Source of the DNA: Carcharhinus amblyrhynchos
Taxonomy: Eukaryota
DNA: 64,000 nt
Assembly (NCBI GenBank): GCA_965287045.1
Contig: OZ336888.1
Coordinates: forward strand, 22,258,001 to 22,322,000
Direction: 5' to 3'
Shown: positions 24,340 to 36,035 of the stretch, one piece after another
Position numbering within the stretch: position 1 is the stretch's first letter
How the letters are laid out: each line of letters starts with the position of its first letter
The notes under the pieces: model-generated
Seen by the model: only the letters and a program-made list of their open reading frames with translations
What the model was told of the DNA's origin: nothing
Databases searched by the model: none
Position numbers and translations under genes: made by a program

Positions 24340-26250
24340 CCACTTCTTCATTTGTGTGAAAGCTGATTTTTTTATTCTTACAATGATTTGTCACCGACTA
24401 CCTTACTTCTCAGAGTTTTATCCTATGACTCAATCTGTTGCCCTCAGTTCTAGTGATGACTTGCTGCAATATAGTTGTCTTGTGCAATAATTCACAATAT
24501 CATTCTAACCTGCTTGATGGATTCTTGTTTCTCATAGCAACGTCTGACCATGGTATTATTTCTTGCAATGGCTCGCTGCAATTCTTTAAGCTTTCTGGTC
24601 TGTCCTCTTCCCACAGGGATTTATTGCTATTATGGTGAAATTCCCCATGCAGTTTACCCTTGCATTCTTGCAATCAGCTGCAATATTTTCATTAGGTGAA
24701 AGAACAAAATGGCAATTCTGTTACTTTTCATAGTGATTTCCTGCAAAATCCTCTCTTTTTCCATGGATACCTTTTCACGCACACTTCTCCTTTCTGACAG
24801 TCATTTGACACCACACTTGATTTCTTAATGGTGATTTGTCGCGATGCTCTTAGCCTTCACAATAACTCTTCATGATGCTCTTATTTCTTCCAGTGAATTA
24901 ATACGGTGCTTTCATTTGTTATGGGATTTGTTGTGAAACTTTTGCTTTTCCAAGGTTATGCTCCTATTATTTATGCCAACAAACTGCAGCGTTTTTACTT
25001 CTTTCAATGGTTTGCTGCAAGCTCTCAATTCCCGGAAATGATTCCCTCAGATAGTTTTAATTTCTCATGACAAATTACCGTTTCTCACAGAGACTCACGC
25101 CACCACTCTCATTTCTTACAATGACTGGATACGATGGCCTTAATCCTCATCGCAGACACCATAATAATCCCATTTCTCTTCGAGGGCTCATTCTCATACT
25201 TAGCTCTTTCGTTTCTCACAGCTCTGCTACAATGTTCTCATTTTCTGTAACCATTTGTTGCCACATTGTAATTCCTGTCAGTACTATGCTGCACAAATGC
25301 TTCATTAGTTTTCATTCGTTGCAAAACTAATCTTTTAGTCTTGCAAAAATAAAACTATTGATGATGTTCTAATGTCTTGCTAATTGTAAATGTAGTGTGC
25401 AAAAAAACAATACTTTTCACTGTATGCTGATACATGTGACAATAATAAATCAAATACATGACGTTCCTTCTCTTGTTAAAGTTTACTTATTACTCACAAG
25501 TAAGGCTTCCGTTATACTGCAATGAAGTGAAATTGTTCGAGTCATAACACTCCAGTGCCTGTTCAGGTAAACGCACCGAACCAGCACGTCTTTCAGACTG
25601 TGGGAAGAAATTGGTGCACTCGTGGAAACCCCCACACACACAGGGAGAACGTGCAGACTCCGCACAGACAGTGACCCAAGCCAGGAATTGAACCCAGATC
25701 CCTGGCAATGTGAGGCAGCAGCGCTAACCACTGTGCCACCTTGTATCAATTTTGCCGTGATTGCCTTTGTTTCTTCCAGGGATTTGCTGCCACTTTTTTT
25801 TTGTTTGTGGTGATTTAAAACACTCTCATTTTAGTTTGAGTTGCTTCCCCCCCACCCCGACAATCCTCCCCCATCCCCACCAACCCCCCCCCCCCCCCCC
25901 CCCCCCGCCTCCTTTTAGTTCATCACCATGTTTGGAACACTCAAGTTAACATTATATTGATTCAAATCTCCAATTTCTCCCAACATCACATTTGCAAATG
26001 CTTTCCTTTCAGATATGCGTGGTAATAATGCCCTCATTTCTCACACTGAGTTACTATGCTGTTTGGACCTGCAGGGAAAAGCACCATGTTCCCATTTCTT
26101 GCAGCTTCACTGCATGCTCTCATTTCTCAGCAAATGTCGTCAATTGTTTCTTGCAGCGATATAATGTTGACACTTTAATTTCCCACAGAGAATCACTACA
26201 AACCTTCCCTTGATCGCAGTGGTTTGTATGTTTTCTTATATGGTCTCAGT
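24340..26250. repeat. Highly degenerate ~31-bp-period tandem array (consensus ~atttctcacagtgatttgctgcaatgctctc)
   Basis: Motif registers at 24799/24830/24861/24892/24922 (agtgattt-like) and 24843/24874/24905 (gatgctct-like); interrupted by a LINE tail, a SINE and poly-C. Confidence 0.65.
25478..25742 (-). mobile_element. HE1 V-SINE, type B (preceded by a Rex-type tail at ~25390-25455)
   Basis: Head, V-domain and tail on the reverse strand. Confidence 0.88.
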
Positions 26251-27379
26251 ACGCTGACAGAGATATGGTAAAGAGAATCTACTTGATACCAAGTAATAAA
26301 AAAAGGATCCAAAAATACTGCCACAATTTACTGCTGATCTCAAGAATAAAAATTACCCTTCCTCAGACAAATTGTTTGGTGACCACTTCAAAGCATCTGT
26401 TCTACCAGCCCTTAAATTACTGCCTTCCACAAATGTTACTTACTAACAAATGTTGCTCACAGAGTAAATCCAAAGTTGCTTTTGTAAATGGGGAAATGGT
26501 TTGGGCATTGCATCTCAAAGTGAAAAAAACCTCAGGAACTTTCCTCAACGATTTATGGAGAATTGTTCCGAGGTTTTTTTTGCCCCAGTTTAATTGTACT
26601 TATGTCTCTTTTGGTGTTGTGACTTGATGAGATGTTCCTTAGTTTAGAAGCCAAACTGGCGCCTTCTTCCAAATCTTCCAGGATTGTCCATGTGGTCTAA
26701 TACAAATCAATGACTGGGGATAACTTGCCTTTCAGTCTTCCCTCACTCCTTTTAGCAGCCTCCCCTGGCTGCTTCCCTCCCTCCCCTGATAGTGTCCAAC
26801 ATCATGGTAGCGCTCTGTGGTACAGAGTCATGATATGAATCAGTGTTCCATTATTCTGCTTTGCCAAGCGTCAGAAACCAATCTACTGCACCACTGGGCT
26901 GCCCTGCAGACTGTTGGTTGAGGAAATTATCTACTCTCATGCTTCAGGATTACAAAAAAAATCAATGCATTTCATGATAGACATTGATAAATGCACCAGC
27001 AAAGAAAGGATTGATGTATAGTGATGTCATGTCAGATTAATTCTTCACCTGAATTGTTTGCTTTATTCTTCGTTCATTCTGAACTCCCTATTTTTTATTA
27101 AGCTTGAGCACTCCCTAATCAGTCATCGTTCAGGATTATTTGTTCACATTGCTTTTATTGCCATATGTAATTGATATTATAATCACCACTTAGTCTCCAG
27201 CCCAGTGTGGTGCTTCAAGCTTTGAATTCCAGGCCTTGGTTTTATCTCCAGCTTTTTCTAGGGGGATGGTAAGGTCGGTTGGAAACAAACCAGCCGCTGC
27301 TGAAATCAGGTCAAGTCCATTCTAGCTATAATAAAGCCAGAAAGTGCTGGGAAACCTCAGCAGCAGAGCGGAGAAAGAC

Positions 27380-28512
27380 TGCCCTTGACATCAAGGCAGC
27401 ATCTGGCTGATTGTGGCATCAAGGAACCCCAGCAAAACTGGAGTCAATGGGAATCAGTGGGAAAACTCTCTTTTTGTTTGAGTCATGCCTAGCATAAAGA
27501 GCAATGGTTATGATTGTTGGAGGTCAGTCATGTCAGGTCCAGAACACCACTGTAGATGTTCCTCAGGGTGATGTCCTAGGCCCATCTTCAGCTGCTTTAT
27601 CGATGACCTTTCTTCGTTTCATTATAAATTCAGAAGTGAGATCGTTGCTGGCGATTTCACAAAATTCTGTACCATTTGCTACTCCTCTGAGTAGCAGTTC
27701 ATGTCAAAATGCAGCAAGACTTGGACAATATCCAAGTTTGGGCTGACAAGTGGCCAGTAACATTCACACCACACAAGTTCCAGACAATGACCATCTCCAA
27801 CAAGGCAGAATCCCACCACTGCCCTTAATATTCAATGGTATCACCATCACTGAATCCTCCAGTACCAACTTCCAACAATTGACATGAAACAGAACAGGAC
27901 TAGTCATATAAATACTGTGGCTGCAAGAGCAGGTCAGAGCCTAGGAATCTTGTGGCAGATAACTCGACTCCTGGCTCCCCAAAGTCTGTCTGGCATAAAT
28001 CAGCAGTGTAGTGGGATACCCTCTTTGTGTGGATGAGTGCAGCTCCAACAACACTCAAGAAGTTCAACACAATCCAGGACAAAGCAGCTTGCTTGATTGG
28101 CATCCCATCCACATACATTCATTCCCTCCACCAACAGCAAACAGTGACAGAGGTGTGCACTAGCCTCACAATGTACAGCAGGAATGCTCCAAGGCTCCTT
28201 TGGCAGCACCTTCCGAGCCCATGACTGCTGCTATCCAGAAGGACAATGGCACCAGATACATGGGAATATGACCACGAGGAAAGTCCCCTCTAAGCCACTC
28301 ACTTGGAAATATATTGCCGTTCCTTTCACAGTCACTGCATCAAAATCCTGGGAGCCCTGTCCTAGCAGCACTGTGGGTTTACCTATACCACATGGACTGC
28401 AGTGGTTCAAGAAGGCAGCTCAGCATCACCTTGTCATGGGCTATTAGGGTTTAGGGATAGACGCTTAATACCATTCTAGCCAGCAATGCCATCCTGCAAA
28501 TGAATAAAACAA
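27380..28512 (+). mobile_element. CR1/L2-group LINE RT-to-3'UTR fragment
   Basis: ALDIKAA, VPQGDVLGP, WMSAAPTTLKKFNTIQDKAACLIG; tail ctagccagcaatgccatcc..tgaataaaa. Confidence 0.85.
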
Positions 28513-28944
28513 AAGGTCTGGCAGCCCCTGATGTCAGAACAGCTTCCCAATCACCAAGGACTTTAGGAAAGCCACCAACAGCAGAGTCACCCCTTTCAGA
28601 AAGGCAAGACTTTGCTTTTAGAAGACCAGCAGAATTTCCAAAACAGAGAGAGAGAGAGACTTTTTTTCAGCTTGATGCCCCTTCTAAAACTAAAACCCAA
28701 ATTAAACAGTAGCTCAAACTGAAAACAGAGGACTCCCCTCACTTGACCTGCCAACCAGTTTTTCTCCTAACAATGCAGTCATAAACATCCCAGTAAAAAT
28801 AAACAAACCCCCGTTTAAGCAGGAATAAAAAAAAATCCTCCAGACAAACCTGTGCCATAATGAGTAAACAACTGAGGTGACAAAAGCCTGTTTACAACTG
28901 CAGGAAATATTGGTTAGAAAAAAATCTCTTAAAGGTACACTAAC

Positions 28945-29318
28945 ACCATGAGAGGGACCTGATTGAGGTGAACAAAATTATGAGGGACATAGATAGGGCA
29001 GATAGGAAGGAACGTTTCCCCTTAGCAGAGGGCTCATTATCCAGGAGGCATAGATTTAAGGTAAGGTAGCCAGAGATTTAGAGGCGATTTGAGGAAAACC
29101 TTATTCACCCAGAGGGTGGTGAGAATCTGAAAAACACTACCTGAAAAGGTGGAAGAGGTGGCAACCCTCACAATATTTAAAAAGAATTTAGATGAGCACT
29201 ATGGAAGCATTCAAGGCTACAGACCAAGTACTGGAAAACAATTTGAATAAATAGGTGCTTGATGACTGTTGCGGACACGTGGGCCAAAGAGCCTCTTTTT
29301 GCATTGTAAAACTCAATG
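28945..29318 (+). mobile_element. CR1 3' end
   Basis: gagagggacctgattgagg (RGDLIE), ttcacccagagggtggtg (FTQRVV), 3'UTR. Confidence 0.85.
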
Positions 29319-30308
29319 GAGACAACTTTACTAAAAAAATTCCAAGTTCCAAATGAGTGTGAAAACAGGAGAGAATTGCACCCGTTTTTTGGGTGATCTC
29401 TGAGATGTTATCTTTTATGGCACTTAGAAAAACAAATGAAGCGAAGTGTGATTCTCACCAGTAGGGGGAGTGGATGGACTCTATTCACACCAGGAATATG
29501 GCTGCTGATTGCTGAAGGGTGCTATTGTGCATGTACTTGATCTCCCGAGTACAATCCCCACTCCCTGGAACATCACCTTCATACACCCTCAATCATGGCT
29601 TGCCCCTGATCGCTGCCCCTATCCGATTTCCCTTCCCTGGTCAATTGCCACCCCCATTCGCCCCCTGCTTGATTGCCGCCTCTTTTCAACCTCCCCGGAT
29701 GAACACTGCCTCCATTCACAACCCTGATCGATCACTGCCCTGTTTACCCATCTGCAGACAATCAGTCCCCATTCACCCTCCCCTCCCCCCAGTCGACTGT
29801 GTTGGTTCATGCCCCTCTTGCAGCTGATCACTGCCCCTATTCACCCCTCCCTACTGACAATCCTTCCGATCCCTGATTGCAACTCTGCACACACTGTCTC
29901 CCCTTCAGGCCCCAAGGGGCACTGCCCACCACTGTCCTCGACCCTCTTGGGGGGCAGTGGGGGGAGCACAATGTCCTTCGGTCCCACTGACAGAGTCATC
30001 ACGTCTGATCTCTGTTGGTTGGGACCACATGTGATCCTTGCCGGTGAGAACCTCGATCGGTGAGGCCATTAAGGTAAGTGAACCCGGATGACTGCATCTA
30101 GGGCTTATTAACATATTAAAATGAGCTAATTGATATTAAAATTAGCCTTGCGCCCTTCTCCGGCATGAGACGATTACACCAGCAACTCAGTGCCGCTATC
30201 GTCATCAGAGGCGAGAAATTGGGTGTGACCGTGGTTTTTCACCTTTCTTGCGATCTTACCAGCTTGCCACACCATCGATCGGCATGCTGAGCCAGTAAGA
30301 TCGCCCCC
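29319..30308. mobile_element. ~1-kb non-autonomous TIR element with internal C-rich subrepeats, inserted in a CR1 tail
   Basis: Ends gagacaactttac / gtaagatcgcccc (rc ggggcgatcttac); repeated ccctgatcgctgcccc units at 29600-29880; CR1 tail resumes as actctatga. Confidence 0.6.
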
Positions 30309-31329
30309 CTCCCCCGACTCTATGAGCCCCCCACCCCCCCATACCTACTCCAATCAATTAACAAAACAACATTTATCAACACGTACATTTGTGGTCATTT
30401 TAATTTACATTGCTTTTTGATTTATATTGTTGATTTTGTTAGGTGCAAGTAAGGATGTTAAATAGGTAGGTCTGTATAGCATTGGCACACCATATCATTA
30501 TGCACCCTTGCAATTCACAATGTTTTTATGCTTTTGTAGAGCTTGACAGTCCTGGGGAGTGTTCCTAGAAAGTGGTTACTGGCTATATAAAAGTCTGTGC
30601 ACTCCAAAGGTAATTCATTGTGTGAAACGTTTTGAAACATTACTGTGAGATGTGTCAAGGCATGTTGTAAATGTAAATCTTTATTACAGTGCACTTAGAT
30701 TGCATGTTCTGTGCTTCTCCTGTTGAATGCTGCAATAGTTAGAGAAAAACAGTTCTAAAGGGAAAGGAATCAAGCGCAATAGGAAGTCCGTTACCTCAGG
30801 ATTGGTCTCATTATCATCACGACTAAATGACCCCACCCTGTAATGAAATACGATGCAATGCCTGCTTAATTTAGTTTACGATTCTGTTAAGATTACAATT
30901 TAAGGTGCAGTCTATAGGGAAGATATTCATTCAACAGCACAGAATTGGGAGGCGTCTTAATTAAGTCAGAATATGTGGTGAGACCAGTTATTAGAAATGA
31001 TTTCAAATGTGAAGTAATGCTTCATCCCATTGAATCCTATTTTCTTTCTTTTGATGTTCAATAATTAGTTTTTAGAGACAGTCAATGCAAACTCTGGCAA
31101 CAGAAAATAGAAGCTGACATTAAGCAGATGATGCAGAATTATAATTAGGCAATAATAATAGGTTAGAGGGGAAATAACTGTTTTACTAGCTAATCCCTTA
31201 CGGCATTAATTACTGACAAACATTATAAAAGCTGTATCTCCCAGCTCCAGCACAGTTTCTGCTTTACTTTTTAGGATTGGGCAAATATTTCAGTCCCATT
31301 GCTTAAAAGACAGGACATGGAGGGCCATA

Positions 31330-31675
31330 GAGAATTATAGAATAGAATCATAGAATCCCTAGAGTGTAGAAGGAGGCCATTCAGCCCATTGAGCCTGCAT
31401 TGACAACAATCCCACCCAGGCCCTATCCTTGTAACCCCTCTGCTAGTAACCCGACACTAAGGGTCAATTTTGCATGGCCAATTCACCTAACCCAGCACAT
31501 CTTTGGACTATAGGAGGAAACCAGAGCACCCGGAGGAAACCAGAGCACCCAGAGGAAACCCAGGCAGACACAGGGAACATGTGCAAACTCTGCACAGACA
31601 GTCACTGCAGGCCAGAACTGAACACCTGCCTGGTGCTATGAGGCAGCAGTGCTAACCACTGTGCCACCGTGCCAC
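31330..31675 (-). mobile_element. HE1 V-SINE, type A, with a 19-bp internal tandem duplication
   Basis: (atagaatc)n tail; ggaggaaaccagagcaccc occurs twice. Confidence 0.9.
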
Positions 31676-32049
31676 CCTTAGAACATGCTTAGTAGAAAGG
31701 ACAGAGGCCAAGTGTACTGTATTATCCATAATTAGCTTTACCAAATATCCACAAGAACACTTCCATTGCTGAACAGGCTCAATGTGGGAACTGCCTTTTG
31801 GAGAATTACAGCTTGTTCAAAGGACCCTCATGAACTGTGCTCCATTTTCCAATGCTTCTTCAAAGACCCTCTTGTGCATAAGAACCTGGCATATATAGGT
31901 TTATTGTGACTCTGCATACTGTACCATTAACACAGTGGTGTATGAGAGCATATGACCTGCACCCAGGTTCAGTTGAGTGTTGGACAGAGCTGTGTGTGCA
32001 AGCAAGCATGGAGGCTTACTCTATATTTGTAAATAATTCTGAGAGTCAA

Positions 32050-32420
32050 TAAACATAGAAACAATGAAATATAGAAGGTAGGAGCAGGAGGATTCCATTT
32101 GGCCCTTCGAGCCTGCTCCGCCATTCTTCACGATCATGACTGATCAGCCAACTCAATAGCCTAATCTTCTTTCTGCCCACAACCTTTGATCCTATTCACC
32201 CCTAGTGCTACATCTAACTGCCTTTTGAATACATTCAATGTATTGGCATCTTCCTGTGGTAATTAACTTCCACATGCTCACCACTCTTTGAGTGAAGAAC
32301 TGTCATCTTCATCTTCATCCTAAATGGTCTACCCTGTATCCTCAGACTGTGACCCCTGATTCTGGACACCCCCACCATTGGGATCACCCTTCCTGCATCT
32401 GCCCTGTCTAGTCCTCTTGC
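32050..32420 (-). mobile_element. CR1 3' end
   Basis: ggcccttcgagcctgctccgccattc 3'UTR; caccactctttgagtgaagaa (FFTQRVV). Confidence 0.85.
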
Positions 32421-33211
32421 TGTTAATCAAAATATGAAAATGGAGACTTCTTCAAGCCTACCAAATTGTAACTAACACTCTACAGCTGGGGGCCTGCTTG
32501 TGGTAAGACCCAAAACCTCACAGAAAACGCAGACAAAATCTAAAATGCAGGAAGACGGAATAACTTTAACAAAGCACTCCGAGCTGAGAAGAAGCTGCAG
32601 AAGCAGAGAAGGGTCTGGGGGTGGGGGAGGGATGACCAAGAAGACGCTCCAAAGAAAGGCTTGGAAGCTGAAGGCAGAGATTTAAAATTCTTTACTGCAA
32701 CAGAAGATTCCATTGCATCTTCTGTGGAAGTCCAAAATCAAATCCCAGAGCACACAATCAGCAGACCTAGCAAGGATGAGTTAAATCTTTTAAAATTCTA
32801 GCCCACAGCCAGTCCTGATTTTTAAAAAACATTTCAGATCTAAAAATGCAGACTGAAAAAAAAAGTTGCTCCAAACCTATTACCCGAGTCAGCTCATTAA
32901 CGTGAGCTCAGTCCAAAAGAAAAATTATGGATAAATAATTAAATACATTGGGGGAATCATTACTTTTAAAATCCAGATAAGGGCAAGCAAAGGCCAGGTT
33001 AAATGAATTTGTCACTTTAAACATAAGTTCTGAGCAATAAGTCCTTCAAACCGCCATTAGAGATAACTATTATTGAGAACATTTTTTTTACAAACTGAGT
33101 GCAGTCACTATTGTAGCAAGTCCACAAAAACTGGCAAGCATGAGAAACTCCTTTGTCTCCAAGTGAATGGTGATGCTATCTTGAAATCCAGAAGGCTTCT
33201 AAACTGCATAC

Positions 33212-33492
33212 TGGTGGCACGATGGCTCGCAATGCCAGGGTATATGTCTGATTCCTGGCCTAAGTCATTGTCTGTGCGGAGTGTGCATGTTCTTCCTGTG
33301 TCTGCAGGGGTTTCCTTCAGGTTCTCCAGCTTCCTACTGCATCCGAACAACGTATTGGTTAGATGCATTGGCCATGCTAAATTTTCCCTCAGTGTACCTG
33401 AACAGACGCCAGAGTGTGGCAATTCGGGGATTTTCACAGTAACTTCATTGCAGTGTTAATGTAAGCCAGCTTGTGACATTAATAAATAAATA
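33212..33492 (+). mobile_element. HE1 V-SINE, type B
   Basis: V-domain and cttgtgacattaataaataaat tail. Confidence 0.85.
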
Positions 33493-33664
33493 GAGCCTAC
33501 ATTTAATAAAAAAAAATTACCATGGCTCAGAACTCCACACTTCCAAATCAATTTGGATTAATCACAAAATTTGAAACTTTGGAGGAGAAGACTCCAAAGA
33601 TACAGCATCACTTCATGTTTGGACATAAGGTCAAAAGCAGAACAGGACAACATACTGATTTAAA

Positions 33665-34130
33665 GTGCAGAATAAAAGCAAAACATTGCAGATGATGGAA
33701 GTCTGAAATAAAAGCAGAAGATGTTGGAAAAACTTGACAAGTCTAGCACCATCTCTGGAGAGAGAAACTGAATGAACAGCTTGAGTCCACATAACTCTTC
33801 TGCAGAGTTAAAGAGAGGGAGAAATCATAGATCATAGATCACAGTGCAGAAAGAGGCCCTTCGGCCCATCGAGTCTACGCCGAACACAATCCCACCCAGG
33901 CCCTACCTAAAATGTGAAAGATTTTATACTGTTTAAGAAAGGATGGAGCAACTGGAGCAAGATAGATAAATGATAGGTGGGAGCTCAGGAACGATTGCAA
34001 CAGCAATGTGCACATTTCTCCCTCTCTTTAACACAAAAAATCATATAAACACAAAATGTCAACTCTGTTTCTCTCTCTATAAATGCTGCCATACCTGCTG
34101 AGATTTTCTGGCATTTTCTGTTTTTATTTG
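33665..34130. mobile_element. PLE family 2: inverted pseudo-LTR pair, with an HE1 tail fragment (33826-33907) inside
   Basis: aaataaaagcagaagatgttggaaaaact..gagagaaac at left mirrored by gtttctctct..ctgctgagattttctggcattttctgtttttattt at right; left arm carries extra tail. Confidence 0.7.
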
Positions 34131-34501
34131 CTCTGGCTTTATGCGGTGAGCCCCATTGCAGATGACATTATTGCAAGACAGGGAATCAACTAATCATCTG
34201 TTACATTTGAAGTAGTACGGAAATCTTTCAATGTTTCTTTCAATCTGAGAAGCAATAAAATAGTTGAAAGAGCTAAATTTAACAAGCAAGCCCAGCAGCC
34301 AGGAGAATGTATTGAATCATTTATCAATGATTTGTTCAGGATGGCAGATGTTTGCAAATGTAGAGACTTAAAATCTGAACTTAACAGAGACAGAATGATG
34401 GTCGGAATAATGGGCAAAGCATTCTCTGACCTTCTGCAAACAAAGGAAGATTTAACCCTGGAAAAGGCAATCCAGATAGTTAGGCACATAGAATTCCGTC
34501 A

Positions 34502-34697
34502 AATAAAAGCAAATTACTGCAGATGTTGGAATCTGAAACCAAAAGAGAAAATGCTGGAAAATCTCAGCTGGTCTGGCAGCATCGCATCTGTAAGGAGAGA
34601 AAAGAGCTGATGTTTCAAGTCCAGATGACCCTTTGTTAAATCTGACAATCAGCTTTGACCTGCTGAGATTTTCCAGCATTTTCTCTCTTGGTTTCAG
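34502..34697. mobile_element. PLE family 2 short insertion: tailed arm plus a short inverted arm; decayed hammerhead on minus strand
   Basis: ctgaaaccaaaagagaaaatgctggaaaatctcagc mirrored by gctgagattttccagcattttctctcttggtttcag; minus strand ..aagggtcatctggacttgaaacatcagc. Confidence 0.75.
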
Positions 34698-34781
34698 AAG
34701 TCCAACAGAGCCATGTTAAGGGGAGAAAATAAACCATAAAGCAGAGAACAACTCTCACTTCATCTGGTTAAGCAACAAAGA

Positions 34782-35392
34782 AAAAAGTCTCTCAACACCA
34801 GGTTAAAGTCCAACAAGTTTATTTGGTAGTAAACACCACCAGCTTGTGGGGCTTTGCCCCTTCGTCAGGTGAGTGAGGAGTTCTGATCACAAACAGGGCA
34901 TATAATGGCACACATTCAGTTTACACAATACTGATTAGAATGCGAGCCTTTACGGCTAATCAAGTCTTAAAGGTGCAGGCAATGTGAGTGGGGATAGCAT
35001 TAAGCATAAGTTAAAGAGATGTGTATTGTCTCCAGACAGGACAGTAAGTGAGATGTTGCAAGCCTAGGCAAATCATGGGGGTTACAGATAGTGTGACATG
35101 AACCCAAGATCCCGGTTGAGGCCGTGCTCATGTCTGTGGAACTTGGCTATCAGTTTCTGCTCAGCGACTCTGCGCAGTCGTACATTGTGAAGGCCACCTT
35201 AGAGAACGTTTACCCGAAGATCAGAGGCCGAAGGCCCGTGACCGCTGAACTGTTCACCAACAGGAAGAGATTGTCTTGCCTGGCGATTGTCGAGCGGTGT
35301 TCATTCATCTGTTGTCATAGCATCTGCATGGTCTCCCCAGTATCCCATGCCTTGGGACACCCTTTCCTGCAGCATATCAGGTAGACACATTA
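34782..35392 (-). mobile_element. Penelope-like element, family 1: 5'-truncated GIY-YIG C-terminus plus pseudo-LTR
   Basis: Homologous to 42208-43474; minus strand encodes W(D)TGETMQML.QQMNEHRS..; TSD taagcaacaaaga (34769-34781) / taaacagcaaaga (35393-35405). Confidence 0.9.
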
Positions 35393-36035
35393 TAAACAGC
35401 AAAGACACGGGGACACCCTAGCTAGGGAAAGCAATACCTGAAACAGTCAAAAGAGCAACCATGCCAACATGGTGGAGCAGAGCGCCCCCACAGGCAGGAT
35501 CAACATCCTACAATTTCAGTCCAATGTTCTCAGTGCAACAGGCTCGGGCGCTATGCCAAAATATCAAGACCTGTGGTTTGCACATGGCTTTCTCTATGTG
35601 ACTGAGATTTAGCTTGCAGCTTATGTGATTTTTAAGCTTCTGTGATTATTAACTCTTTTACTAACCATTTACAAATATTAATTAAGAGCAGACATTGCTG
35701 GAGCTACTCTCTGAGATGCTTCATACTCATCTTCTCTCAATGAGTGACATAGCTCCCTTGCACGTGCTCAGTAACTATCATTGGAATTAACCCTCTACTC
35801 TCCAGGAGAGGTGTGGAGTGAACAGGTTTTAACTGAACAAGCAGTAGCTACATGAACTACTTGCTTAAATCCGTGAAATATGTTTCAACCATATGCAGAT
35901 AGCATTTTTGGCATCATGTAATAAAAGGGATTTAGCACAGGGAAGAAATTGCACTCATAGTTGTTGGGTTGATACAGAAGGAAAAGTTTATTATCCAGTC
36001 CAATACATAGATGTGGAAAGGATTCTTAACACGTT

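Larger units (their letters stand above)
33532..35570 (+). pseudogene. Gypsy gag relic split into four pieces by PLE insertions
   Basis: Removing the inserts gives WRRRLQRYSITSCLDIRSKAEQDNILI|YAVSPIADDII..KIVERAKFNKQAQQPGECIESFINDLFRMADVC..RDRMMVGI..LTLEKAIQIVR.. and a decayed zinc knuckle CSQCNRLGRYAKIS (~35525-35565). Confidence 0.8.

Noticed and set aside
24340-26250. CRISPR-like or coding-repeat reading of the periodic region
   Set aside because: No conserved repeat with unique spacers, eukaryotic context, period not a multiple of 3, no long ORF
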